NCBI GenBank assembly: GCA_020536535.1
Contig: JAHLWZ010000644.1
Coordinates: 17,917 to 81,916, forward strand
DNA: 64,000 nt
Direction of reading: 5' to 3'
From: Pelomyxa schiedti
Lineage: Eukaryota > Protista > Evosea
Part shown: in pieces, positions 38,431 through 50,218 of the stretch
Layout of the letters: every line of letters begins with the position of its first letter
Position numbering within the stretch: position 1 is the first letter of the stretch
The notes under the pieces: model-generated
Database searches by the model: none
The model's input: only the letters and a program-made list of their open reading frames with translations
What the model was told of the DNA's origin: nothing
Made by a program: the position numbers and the translations under genes

Positions 38431-38893
38431 GGCAGACTCTCTTGCTCTTTGGCAAGGGGCAAAGGTGCGTACATCAAATAATTGTCATGTGAACCTGTGT
38501 GGATGTTAGAAGCAGAAAGCCAATAAAAAGGACAAACCAAGTTTGCTGCCAACTAGCGGAAGTCTTGAACATAACAGCAGCTTGTCAATCTGTGCCTTGG
38601 TTAAGGTGGGGGAAAAAAAAGGGAGGAAGGACATACCGGAGTCGGCAACCGGGACCCAGGCAGACTCTCTTGCTCTTTGCAAGGGACAAAGGCGCATTAT
38701 TTGATCAAATAATGGTCGCCTGTTGTCATGTGAACCTGTGTGGATGTTAGAAACAGAAAGTCAATAAATGGGACAAAACCAGCAAACTCGCTGAAGTCAT
38801 GAACTTAACAGCAGCTTGTTACAAAATCTATGCATTGGTTAGCTGGGAGAAAAAAAAGAGAGAAGGCCATACCAGAATCGGCAACTGGAATCC
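38431..38893. repeat. Two diverged tandem copies of a unit of about 230 nt
   Basis: gcagactctcttgctcttt...tgtcatgtgaacctgtgtggatgttagaa...ggcaac repeated at about 38432 and 38660. Confidence 0.85.
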
Positions 38894-39920
38894 TTTAGCT
38901 GTTCCGCACTGGCTTGTCAGGTTAGTCGGAAAGAGAGAAGTAAGTTGAGGGCACACCCAAGAGGAGAGCCGCCAAAAAGGAAAGTAGCCTGGAAGCTTGG
39001 TGGAACTGCCGATCCAATTCAACCAAGCAAGTTAACGGGAAAAGGGAAAAAGGGGGAAAAGGGAAAAAAGGGAAACGCACCACACTGCGATCAGCTATAA
39101 AGGGTGTGGAACATGCAGAGGGGAGGGAGCGTAGCGACACCGATGCGCGGCCGGCTACGCACTACGCTTGGTTTTTTTGTTGTTTTGTTTTTCGCGATTC
39201 TCCGAAGAAGCCTCCGCACATGCGGACTCCTCAAGCTGAGAAAAACCCAAGGTGGCTCAGCCACCATTGCGATGTGCAGTGGTGACTAAGTACGGTGAGC
39301 GCACTCTGGGACACGCCATGAATTCGGTTGTCCTCTGGCGTTTGTGGATTGCACAGTGGATGGCTGATGTTATCATTGGAGGCCCCTCTTGTCAAATTCT
39401 AGTGACATTACCTGTGATGCACAGTAAGGTGTTGGCCTAGATAATAGCAAATAGCATCTTTGTCACTTCACCTGCACATCAAACTACTACTGTATATGTC
39501 CAAATACAAAGGGAGATGTTGGGACAGTAGTGTTGAACCTAACTTTTCTCAGCCAGTAATAGTGGGCATTGCGACCACCCTAAGGAGAAGCACAAATATC
39601 ACAGGTGGTTTCTTACCTCTACAGCAAGATAATCAATGAAGCAGTTAGTGCATAATGATTTACACTACACTTGGGTACCAATAGCACAAAGAAAGGCTTA
39701 TGTAAATGAAAAAAGGATTGTAATTCAACTGCATAAAATAACCTCACCTAACACCAAATTACACCAGCCAAGGTATTATAAGTACCATACAAAAGAAAAA
39801 CCTTTTTCTATTCTCCTTCTATTGCGAATAAACTTATAAACAAAAGAAAGAAGGTGATAACAACCCGGCTAGCTCAGCGGTGCAATTGCAAAATTCGCAT
39901 CGGTGAAAGTCCGCTCCGAC

Positions 39921-41874
39921 ATGTCGGCAAGTGTTGACGCTCCCCACGCGTGCGCGGTTGCCCACACAACAACAACGGCAACAAACAACAAGTCCAACGG
40001 ATCAGCGGCATCAGCGTCTTCATCGCTTGCGAAGGAGGTGCCGGTGTCGTCGGGAAGACCGCAAAGGCGTGTCCCCCCTCCGTCGACATCGCACACAAGC
40101 GCGCAAACCCCACGGACATCGTCACTCGACGGTGGCGACGTTCCTGCGGAGGTGACGCGTTTCATCAGCGAGTGCAGAAATCTCTGCAGCAACGCAACAA
40201 ACAAGGAATCCACTACCTCTGCTCAGGCTCTGCTTGAGAGGATCGGCATCATCTTCAACCAGTACTCACACATCAAGAGCCACCATCCCACCTTCAAAGA
40301 TGTGGTGAAGCCTTTGGTGTTGGAGGTGGACGGTCTGCGCCGTTCTGCTCGCCAACAAGTAGCGTCACCCATCGTCAACCCAACACCAATCCCGGCATCT
40401 CCAGCAAAGGAAGTTCCGCTCCCCAATGACGACGCACCACTAACTCCTCGCAATGAGCAACAACAGGACCCTTTCACTCCTTCGGGAGATGAACCTAAGG
40501 GTCCCACTACCTCGACGATTACCAATACTTCCACATCTTCTACACCAGACCACACCCCTCTCATGCCAACCATACCATCAGTATTGGTTACAATGAGGAG
40601 GGGTAGGAAAACAGCACAACCTCTTCCGAAAATCCCTGGGCAAACCCTAGAAGGGATATTAAGGAATGGAATCCATCGAACTCCAAACCCATACATTCAC
40701 CTCATTGCTCACCCACCACCTGGGCTCCTTGGAGACTACCTTAGCTCCATTTGGGCTAAGTTAGTGATAGCCATTGAGCAGACCCTGCAAAAGAAAATCC
40801 AATCCCTGAGCTATCTGAACGGGAAGTATCGTCTCAACTTCCTCCCTACACAAACACCGGCAGACAAATCAATCTCGGTACTGGTAGAAGGGTACCGATA
40901 TGATTTTGCAACAACAACAAAGACCCTGCGGGCCATTAACCCAGGTCTTAATCCCAAACTCACCTACGAGTAGCAGCCAATGGGACATCCCATTCTACAC
41001 CATTTCCTCTGAAGGCTCAGTCCTCCTCCTTACAGATAGGATACACTTTACCCCGACTGCACCACAAGAAAAAGGAAAGATCACGTGGCGAATCCTTGGA
41101 TACCACATGTGCGATAGATGTGGTGCCCAAAACCACGATGTCAATCTTTGCCCTTTCACCTCAGCTGAACAGCGCATGCAGCTGGCTGCCTCGTCGAAGC
41201 AGAGAAGCCGCCGCCAAAGGAAGCGACGCCGCCCTCCACTGACCACTATTAAACCTCCTGACCATGACTAGTCTAAAGGTTTTAACGTGGAATGTGAGGG
41301 GGCTAGCAGCAGCAACACACCAAAAACTCACCAACATAACAAAACTCATAAACATCCTCAACCCACACATCATCATACTCACAGAGACCCACTCCACCGA
41401 AACAGCAAATTACAATATCAGCCAGATAAACCGCAAGTTCTGGTGGTTTACCAGCGGACACTCCACCTCAGATGGAGTAGCGATTGGAGTAAACCCATCA
41501 CTCAACCCCAACAACCAAGTCTCTTTGATATCGGGACGTTTGGCAAAGGTTCAAGTAACCTGGAACAATACACCCTTGGAAATACTAGGAGTGTATGCTC
41601 CCTACGTTGGACACACAGATGCCTTGGACTTCTGGCACCCAAACCAGAATGGGTTTTTCGAGGGCAGACTCATTGACAATAATATCACTTCAATATCCAA
41701 CCTCTTTTATGGAGCAAGGAGCAAAAGAATGCCTATTCAATTCCTCTTCACCAACTTCTCCAAGGCATATGATAATCTGGATAGGGATGCAATTATCCAG
41801 ATTCTCCAGCACATTGAGATGACACCCAAATGGGTAAATGTCATCCAACACCTCATGCAAACCACGGAGGCTTA
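39921..41874 (+). mobile_element. Non-LTR retrotransposon (L1/Tx1-like), copy 1, internally deleted
   Basis: ORF1 with CCHC knuckle CDRCGAQNHDVNLC; ORF2 APE endonuclease MTSLKVLTWNVRGL..LTETH jumps directly to RT motifs QNGFFEGRLIDNN..NFSKAYDNLDR; about 80-nt frameshifting deletion in ORF1 relative to copy 2. Confidence 0.9.
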
Positions 41875-41974
41875 NNNNNNNNNNNNNNNNNNNNNNNNNN
41901 NNNNNNNNNNNNNNNNNNNNNNNNNNNNNNNNNNNNNNNNNNNNNNNNNNNNNNNNNNNNNNNNNNNNNNNNNN

Positions 41975-42632
41975 CCCTTACCTCTCCCAAGGTTGTGCTG
42001 GAACAGGGAAATCTTTACTTCTCCGAAGAATTGTTGACCTACTGAAATCTACGGACTGCAGAGTAGCAGTGACAGCACTTACAGGTTCGTTTTGCTACTT
42101 TAATAATGCGCCTTTCTAATCCTTCATGCCTTCCCGTCAGGAATTGCGGCAGTCAACATTGGAGGTGTTACTCTTCATCACTGGGCGGGTTCACCTGGCT
42201 GTGTTAGACAGCATCATCTGCAGCTCATCTTGCGGGTGCCTGGGCAAGGAGGGATAACTGGGAAAATGCAGATGTTCTCATAATAGACGAAGTGTGCCCA
42301 GCTTTTTTTCAAGGATTACTTGTTACCTTACTCACATTATACAGGTATCTATGCTGGATGCAGCACTTTTTCACAGATTGGATGCTATTGGTCGTAATAT
42401 CCGAAACGATCTCTGATTTGATTGGAAAAAAAAAGGGACAAGGAGTTCCCAAGAATGAAAGTGTTGATGGCCATTATGCACAAGGTGGTTTCTTGCCAAC
42501 AAGAATGCATACATTCCCCTCGTGAAATTCGATGGTATGGACAGACTGAGTGGGTAACCTCGCTGATGGTCAACCTTCTCTGAAACTTGCTTGGGCCATT
42601 TCTATTCATAAAAGCCAAGGCATGACACTGGT
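41975..42632 (+). pseudogene. PIF1-family helicase relic
   Basis: GCAGTGKS, VTALTGIAAVNIGGVTLH, LIIDEVSML, LKLAWAISIHKSQGMTL; the central helicase motifs are missing; has introns. Confidence 0.75.
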
Positions 42633-43282
42633 TGTGATTGCTCAAACTGCCCATGCCCTTCGATTTTATGAGTTTCTGCACTCCAGACCAACTCCAGAAA
42701 CAACACCAGGTCCCGTACAAACCACATCCACAAACTTCACAACTGTCACCACAAGTACAAAAAACGGAACCTCCGCCAAAGAAATCCATCACACCAAAGG
42801 TCAAACAGTAAAAAAACCACTGCAACAACCACACAAACTCCCCTCTCAAGCACCCAAAAACACACACAACATACAAAACTAAAAGGCCTGAATTCAGAGA
42901 ACATGAATGAAGAGGATGAGGATTACAGCAACCGCCACCCTTTCAAAGAATTGTTGATTCAGAAGCTCTCTTGCACAGAACCTGTACTTCCACAACAGCA
43001 GGACAGCATTGTCAGGAAGAACCTGGAAGGAAAGAAGAATCTAAGGGTATATATGTTCCTTTTTTTTCTAAATTTAAAACTACACAGGAAAGATGTGGGA
43101 GGTCCGGTCGCCGTTGGATCATTTTGAGGACCAGGGTGTGCCGGGTTTGTGGGCAGGCACAAATGTACACGAAGGCAGTAGGGAGTGCAGAACAAGAGGA
43201 ATCAGGAGGTGGTCCGGGAGATGGAGGAAGATATCATGCCGGAATCCTTCTTTACAAGTGTAGTGAGAAAAATAAAAACCAA

Positions 43283-44174
43283 ATGAGTGGGTCCACGGTT
43301 GAGGGTGCAGCAACAACAACAACGGCGGCGTTGCCAAACGACGAGGCGGGGTACATAGTGCGTGAGCTGTACTCGGCGGAGCAGATACGGCAGCGGGTGA
43401 GGGCACTCGCGCAGCAGATCCACGACGAGTACCGCCCGCTGCTCACAAGCTTCGACGACCAGTTGGTACTGGTGGCGATACTGAAGGTTCCCGGCTCCGC
43501 TCCCCCCCCCCCTTTTTGGTTAATGGAAGTGAAGGGAGCGTTTATATTTGCCTCTGACCTGTCGCGGGAGCTGTCCGCACTTGGTCTGCCTAATTTCGTG
43601 GAGTTCATGGCCCTTGGTTTGTTGCTTGCCATTCACCTTTGTTTGTGGTACTGACTGTTGTGTTGTTTGTCCTGCATTGCAGCCACGTATGGTGACTCTA
43701 CTAGCACTACTGGTGCTGTTAGAGTTATTATGGACTTGAAGCGTAATATCGAAAATAAGCATGTACTTGTGGTGGAAGATATCATTGACACTGGATACAC
43801 CCTCTCATATCTCCGTGCAAACCTTCTGGGAAGACGGGTACAAACTCTCCAAATGCCATAATCCCACCGATCGCACTTGTGCCCTTATTGTCCCAAGCAA
43901 GTGCACTAACTAGTTCCTCACACACACAGCCAGCATCCTTGAGGATTTCCACATTTTTATCAAAGCCAGCTTCGCTGAGAAAAGTCGATGTACCAGTAGA
44001 TTACATTGGTTTCGAGGTATTCCTTCCTCTCCCAAAACAGGTGCTTAATACTTCCAGTATGATGGCACAGAATGGGTTGGAGGTTATGGTCTTGACTGGG
44101 CAGAGCACTTCCGTACCCTCCCTGTTTGTGTTGTTCTCAACTCTGAACTTCTCAACAAAAGAAAGAAGCACTAA
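43283..44174 (+). CDS. HPRT: Hypoxanthine-guanine phosphoribosyltransferase
   Basis: LVAILKGAFIFASDL, YGDSTSTTG, VLVVEDIIDTGYTL, VDYIGFE, GGYGLDWAEHFRTLP. Confidence 0.92.
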
Positions 44175-44277
44175 GAACAAACACGAAAACAACAAACTTG
44201 TTTCGCTTTTAGCTGGTGAAGGTTTTTACTGTTTATTCAATGTGGTTTTTCACAGTCGAATTGAATGGTCGCGATAC

Positions 44278-44485
44278 GTTCGATGGTTTCAAATCCCAGT
44301 GTACAATTCCTTGGACTCGAAGCACCCGCAACCCTTGAGACTGGGTGGTAACGGTTAGAGGTCAGCAACAACTCACCAACCAGATACAGCCACCGTTCCA
44401 ATGCACGACTGGAAGATCGTCTTTGTTTTGGGCAGTCTAATATCTTCCACAGATCTGTATTTACCCACTCCAGGATGAGCACACT
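44278..44485 (-). pseudogene. CMGC-type (CDK/MAPK-like) kinase fragment
   Basis: Two exons give LILEWVNTDLWKIL...SQGLRVLRVQGIVHWDLKPSN (subdomains V-VIb, HRD changed to HWD). Confidence 0.6.
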
Positions 44486-44565
44486 CTGAAAATTGAAAAG
44501 ACAAGAAAAAAAGAGAATTCTCTTGAAAAAAAATTCTGTATTTATTGTTCTTTGTAAAAGTCTGT

Positions 44566-47478
44566 TCAGTCTTCCATGTCAGAATCCTCCTCACTGTCGT
44601 TTTTTGACTTTCCCTTGCTCCCTCTTTCCCCTTCCTCTTCATCATCATTGTTCTCGTCATCCGATTCTTCTGCTTCTTCCTCAGCAACTAGTTGTGCTTC
44701 GTCCTCCTCTTCTTCCTCTTCCTCCTCCTCTGCTTGCTCTTCCTCTTCATTGGACTTGGTATCCGCTGATTCTTCAGCCTGTTCTTCCCCGTTCTCGATA
44801 AGTTCAGTCTCTGGTTCACCATCACTGTTTCCCAGCTCATCGAATCCAAAGCGGACTTCCTCGCCTTCAATCACAGGGGGTGGTGCAACTGCTAATTCTT
44901 CTTCATCGAGGTAGACAACGGGCTCTGTTTCGCTAAAATCGGGGTGAACACGGGAAGCCTGTAGGGCGGAATGTGAGGAAGGAGGTGGGTTTTTGTTTAA
45001 CGGGAAATGTGAACCTGGCTCAAGGTTATTTGAAGTCTTCCTGAAAGGTTTACTAATTTCTTGTAGGCTGATGTTCGTGCTTGAAGGGTGAGATAAAGAT
45101 CAGATAGTGCACTGTTAACATTGGGTATTGCCATAATATGAGTGGCATGCTCAGTGAGGATGGTTTTTACCCAAATCAGAGCGGTTTGGTTACTTCTAAA
45201 CCAAAAGCGGTTATAGTGGTAATGAATTTCACAAGCGCACCCATCCAGTTCAGGAACAAGTGCATTCAATAACGGTATCACAGAATTCACTGATAGCCGT
45301 TGTACGGTTGACTGTATGACAGACTGGGGGACATTAGCAACTCTCAAAAAAAAAAAAGAAAGAAAGAAAACACTTACCAGTTTGTTGGTTTTCAAACAGT
45401 CCTCTAGGAGTGCTTTGTCTTTTGTAATAAGGGCTTGCTCCAAGACAGACTGCAGAGACCCGGCCTTAACACTTGTGGTCTGTGCTACAGTAGGGTAAAA
45501 CACTGAATCGTAGGAAGCCATCACAAAGGAGCAACAAATCAACAACTAGAACACACACCACGAAATAAAGGAACCTGATGGTGAATCTTTAGTTTTCGTT
45601 ACTTGGCTGTAAAGAGTATGTAGTTGTCCCTCGTAATCGGTGTCTACGAAATTAAAATTAGCCTAAGAACCAAGTTCAAGATACCAAAGCACCTTTATCA
45701 CTTCCGATAGCAGGAATGGCTGAAGTGGTGTCTGCCGTTGCAACGTCGAAGTCAATGTCTGTAACAGGCGCTTTCGTTGCTCTTGCCTGCTTGTGTAACA
45801 ATACAAAACGGAAGAAGAGTGAGGTACCTTCGACATCGTTCTTTTGAGGTCTCGTTCAACAAGTGGGATTGTGCCATGCTGCAAAAGCGTGCATGTGGCA
45901 TAATCGAAGACATTCTGAGGATGTAAGAACAACACAAGAAAAGTTGTAAATTGCACACAATGGTTTCAAACCAAGTTTCCACAAAGTCACTTCTGGCAAT
46001 TGTAAGTGCCGATCCTGCGTTGGTGAATGATGCCGCAATCACAGGAAGTGATGAAGATGTGAACATCAAGTCAAATGTAATAGATTCGCTGGGTGTGCCG
46101 CGTTTCATCTGAAGGTGTGCTGCCATACTGTCCCATTGTGCAACATGAACACCTTTGGTGCTGACCACTAGTACAAGGTTTGTTTTCTAGGAGCAAAGTT
46201 GAAATGTTTTTCAGGTTTGGAAAGTTTTAGTACCTTCGTTTTTCCAACAGTGGCAATATCCACTGTGTGAGGAGCGGCATCGAGGGTGAGTGCTGTGCGA
46301 TAAAATTAGTAATTTACATAGTACATTATGGGAAGAAACTTTGTAGAGCAATGTCGTCAATGAACTGCTCATTAGGATTGCAATTCCATCCGTACACAAA
46401 CAAATCACTGGATACAGAGACAAGTACAGGAGTTGGGACCTGCCCAGATATCAGTAAGCTGCAAACATAGAAAAATTCCATACAGTTGAGCAGGAAAGCC
46501 ATTGAGTTGGGTCTTTGTGGCCGACAAAACCTTTAATTTTCACGTGACCCACAGTGTCGAAAAGCTGTATATCTTGGGCTGCTGCAGCGAAAGTGTGATC
46601 GTCGTCGAAAATGCATAAATTGTTGACACGCCCTTCCACAGTACAGCTCCTTGGAGGTGCGGTTGGGTGGAAAAGTAGTGTTTTGTGCATCATACATTAA
46701 CACAGTGCCTGATATAAGGTCCCACTGGGTGATTTCTCCTTCTATGTTTCCAGATAATATCCAAGCAGATTTGGAGCACGCAACACTCGATACGGGAGTT
46801 TTATTGCGGGAAAGTTTTGTGGATACCTCGCCTCTTGAAGGATATTAGCTAACATGCTGTCATAACTTGAGAAACACACTTTAATAATTCCCACACAGAT
46901 ATTTCTCCCGCAGAATTGCCCAACACAATAACAGGATCATTAGTTCTTGCGATTTTCGATGACCGTCCAGTCTATGGGAGAAAATAATAACCAGTTAGGA
47001 CAATACCTAAAATGTTGAAAAAGCACACAAAAAAGATACTTTTCCGCAAAATAGACATAAAAAACCAAAACAAAAAAAAAACAAAAAAAAAAAGCCGAAA
47101 TAGAGAGTAGACTGGGAGACTCACAGCGATCTGGGACTTTGTGCCCCAGCAAGCGCAGGTGCAACTGCCCGCGGCCCTCGTGTCGTTGAAGTCGCCCACG
47201 ACCTCGTTGGTCGCGCAGTCCACGACCCTCAGGGTGCTCGAGGCGCCGATCATCGCGAGGTACCTGCACTCGGGGTCCAGCGCCGCCCACGACACCACCG
47301 CGTCGCGGCCCCGCGCCCGCTCCATCGGCCGCGCCGCCTTGGGCACGTCCGTCACCGTCTTGGGCGCGATGGTGGCCCGCGGGGGCTCCGCCGGCGCCGG
47401 CTCGTGGCGGCGCCCGCCGCGGTGGCCCCCTCGCCCTCGGTGTCCTCCGCCTCCGCCTCCTCCTCGTCCTCCCCTCAT
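44566..47478 (-). CDS. WDR43: WD40 + Utp12-domain nucleolar protein WDR43/UTP5
   Basis: RGG-rich N-terminus, WD repeats (FVGHKDP), SLQSVLEQAL..LIWVKTILTEHA..LVNLSGRL Utp12 domain, acidic tail. Confidence 0.8.
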
Positions 47479-47794
47479 CTCGGTCCCGGTTGTTCTGGTT
47501 CTTGGTGGTTGTTGGTGGTGGTGGTGGCGGTGTTGGGGCCAAAGGGGATTGCAGCTTATGGGTGTGTGCGCGACGGGCTCACGTGTGGTAGGCAAAGGGC
47601 CTTTGTTGTAGCTTGATGGTTTAATTACGGTGCAACTGCAGGCCGAAACCGAAAAAAATGCCTTCAGGTGGTGCCTGACCGTAACACCTCAGAAGATAGA
47701 CTTCTTTGGTCTCCAACCTTCAAGAGTTAGTAGGGAAGCCTGAGTTGAGAAGACGAAGGCAAATGTCGATCAACAAGTCTAATCAAAACGTAAA

Positions 47795-48993
47795 ATGGGT
47801 TTTATTGAGAAAGTTGTCGTTTCGTTGGCTGTTTGGGTTGTGGTTGTACAATGTAACCGTCTTATGCCCTGGTACTTTTTCCTTGTGGGAGTGCTGACAA
47901 AACGAGAGGAGTGCCGTTCCGTTCCATTCCCAATCGTCGAAATAGGATGTGCCTGGAGAGATGTGGTCACACGCCTGACGACATTCTTGACCAGCTCAAG
48001 TCGCTCTATGATCACCGTGATGTAGTCTCCACTGTATCTTTTGAGCTCTACAACCTGGGCCCGAATGGGACCATAGTCAGAAACAATCTGACCGATGTAT
48101 GTGTGTAGCTAATTCTAATTCCCCTAAGCTAAAACAAAAACACTGGGAGGGAATTCCCTTATGGGATCGTCTGACCTCCAGTAACCCAACATGCAAGCAC
48201 AATAATCTACAAAAAGGTTAATGACATTTTGGCTTCCTGGGGTTTTGAAACTCTGCCAATGTTTTCTTCATACCCATATCCACCTGAGTTCCTAGATTGG
48301 ATGCGATATCTATTTGCAAACCCTGACCACTTTATTAACGAAGCAGTTGCAAAGTAGTGCATCAGATTCCCGCAAAAAAACCTAATTAAACAACAGTGCC
48401 GTAATTTATGGGCACTCTGGCTACAATATGGACTTTGAACCTACCACAACTGCAACAGATCAAGACGCTATTGACTACGCGAATTTTTTGACTCAATTTG
48501 CTGATGCTCTACACCTCAAAGGTTTTAACATCAAAGGACAATAATCAATTAACTTTCCTCAAGGGAAGGTACTTTCTGTTGATGTAGCGACATGGAATAC
48601 CATATGGAACTATGAGCTGATTGCTCAGTCCCATGTAGATTATATCAACTGCATGGCTACATACACTGGAAGCTGGGACTCTTTCCAGTGTGTATTAACA
48701 CCCCAAGTGGAGAGTGGCTTACCTAGTACAGAAAACAACTCGCACTTGCAGTGTCAGAGATAGGAACTGAAAAACTTGGGATTGGAATGGAAACAGTAAA
48801 CACTCAGAATGACCAGCCATTAACAGATGACGAGATAGAAGAGAGGTTCTTTCTTATAAATAAACACTGATATACTAAACAACCAAAATCAAGATTCAAC
48901 TTGTGTGAGGCAAATGGGGTCCATGAAGTTGATATCTGGGAGATGCCAATTTATGACAACTGGTGGCCCTACATCACCCAATTCATGTCCTAA
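47795..48993 (+). CDS. Secreted GH18 chitinase-like protein
   Basis: Signal peptide; GYNMDFEP (DxxDxDxE-like); LSVDVATW; MATY; KLGIGME; stop at 48991-48993. Confidence 0.7.
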
Positions 48994-49124
48994 AAAAGAG
49001 TTTCTGTGCTTTTTTCCTTTTCTTGGGTTTTCAAACATCACATAATGCCCACTGCAACCTACTACTATCCCACAATGTCCCTGTGCTTTTGATGTGAAAT
49101 CGAGAAAAAATAACAAACACGAAA

Positions 49125-50100
49125 AGTGGCTGAGAAATTGTTGTCGTTGGTGCGTACGGGAGATGCTGCAGGGGTACGTGTCGCACTGTCGTCTGACGTC
49201 AATCTAGTGCATACAAGAACGCAAGGTTGAGATCTGCGACGACGTGAAAACAAACTCATTCCTTTCGGAACCGCTACAACTTACACTACGACAAGGTGGC
49301 TTATGCACGTGTTTGCACGTGGCTGCGGAATGTGGTAATCTCTCTGTTGTGAAGGTTTATATTCAATTTAGAAAGTGTAAACTCTGCACGTGAAAAAAAC
49401 CTTCAATTTATATAGGTAGTGGTGGAGATGGGAGCTATTCTAGACGAAAGGGACATCCGAGGACGCACTGCATTGCATGCTGCTTGTGGGAGCGGTCATA
49501 GCTCTATTGTGCATTTCTTACTCTCACACCACGCTGATCCTAATTTGTGTGGTAGTGGATTATACCTCTTTTATTTATCTGCTTAACCTGGATAGATAAG
49601 CAAGGGAACTCCCCCCTACTTGTGGCTTCCGGGTCGTATGCAGATATTATAAAAGAACTCCTCCTAGCCGGCGCAGACGTAAATGCACCAAATCAGTGGG
49701 GCAAACGTCCTCTTCACAAAGCAGCTGAGGAGGGAAACCTGCAGTGTGCTAAAATCCTCCTGGAATCAGGTGCTTTGTCGCACAGGACGGACTCTTTTGG
49801 GAGGATTCCAGTAAGTGCTGATTGTAGTTCTCCTTTCTGTTGACATATCCGTCCATCCAATCCTGAAGTAGCTTCATTATGCGTGTATAAAAGGTGATCC
49901 CAGTATAGTGGAGCTTTTACTTGCCCATGGTTCAGACCCAAATTGTTGTGATTCCCGGGGTAAAAAACCTGTGGAACTTACATCCTCTGTACCTGTGTGT
50001 ACCTCTCAGAGTTCGATGCCCATTAACTAACTCTGGAATAGATACAACGACTGTTCAGAACCAAACCATCCACTCCAGAGCAACCAAATTGCCGACTAAG
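49125..50100 (+). CDS. Ankyrin-repeat protein (ends approximate)
   Basis: TCLHVAAECGN, GRTALHAACGSGH, GTPPLLVASGS, GADVNAPNQWGKRPLHKAAEEGN. Confidence 0.8.
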
Positions 50101-50218
50101 TTGAAGCCAAGGTTACGGCCTTACCTCCTATTTACAGTTTTCTCAAAGAAATAAAAGACAAAAAAGCTTCTACTCACAAAGTTTAAGGTTTTTTTTCCTT
50201 TAGAAAGAACAAAGGGGT

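Noticed and set aside
41975-42632. Helitron
   Set aside because: No Rep/HUH motifs or Helitron termini visible; kept only as a PIF1 relic.
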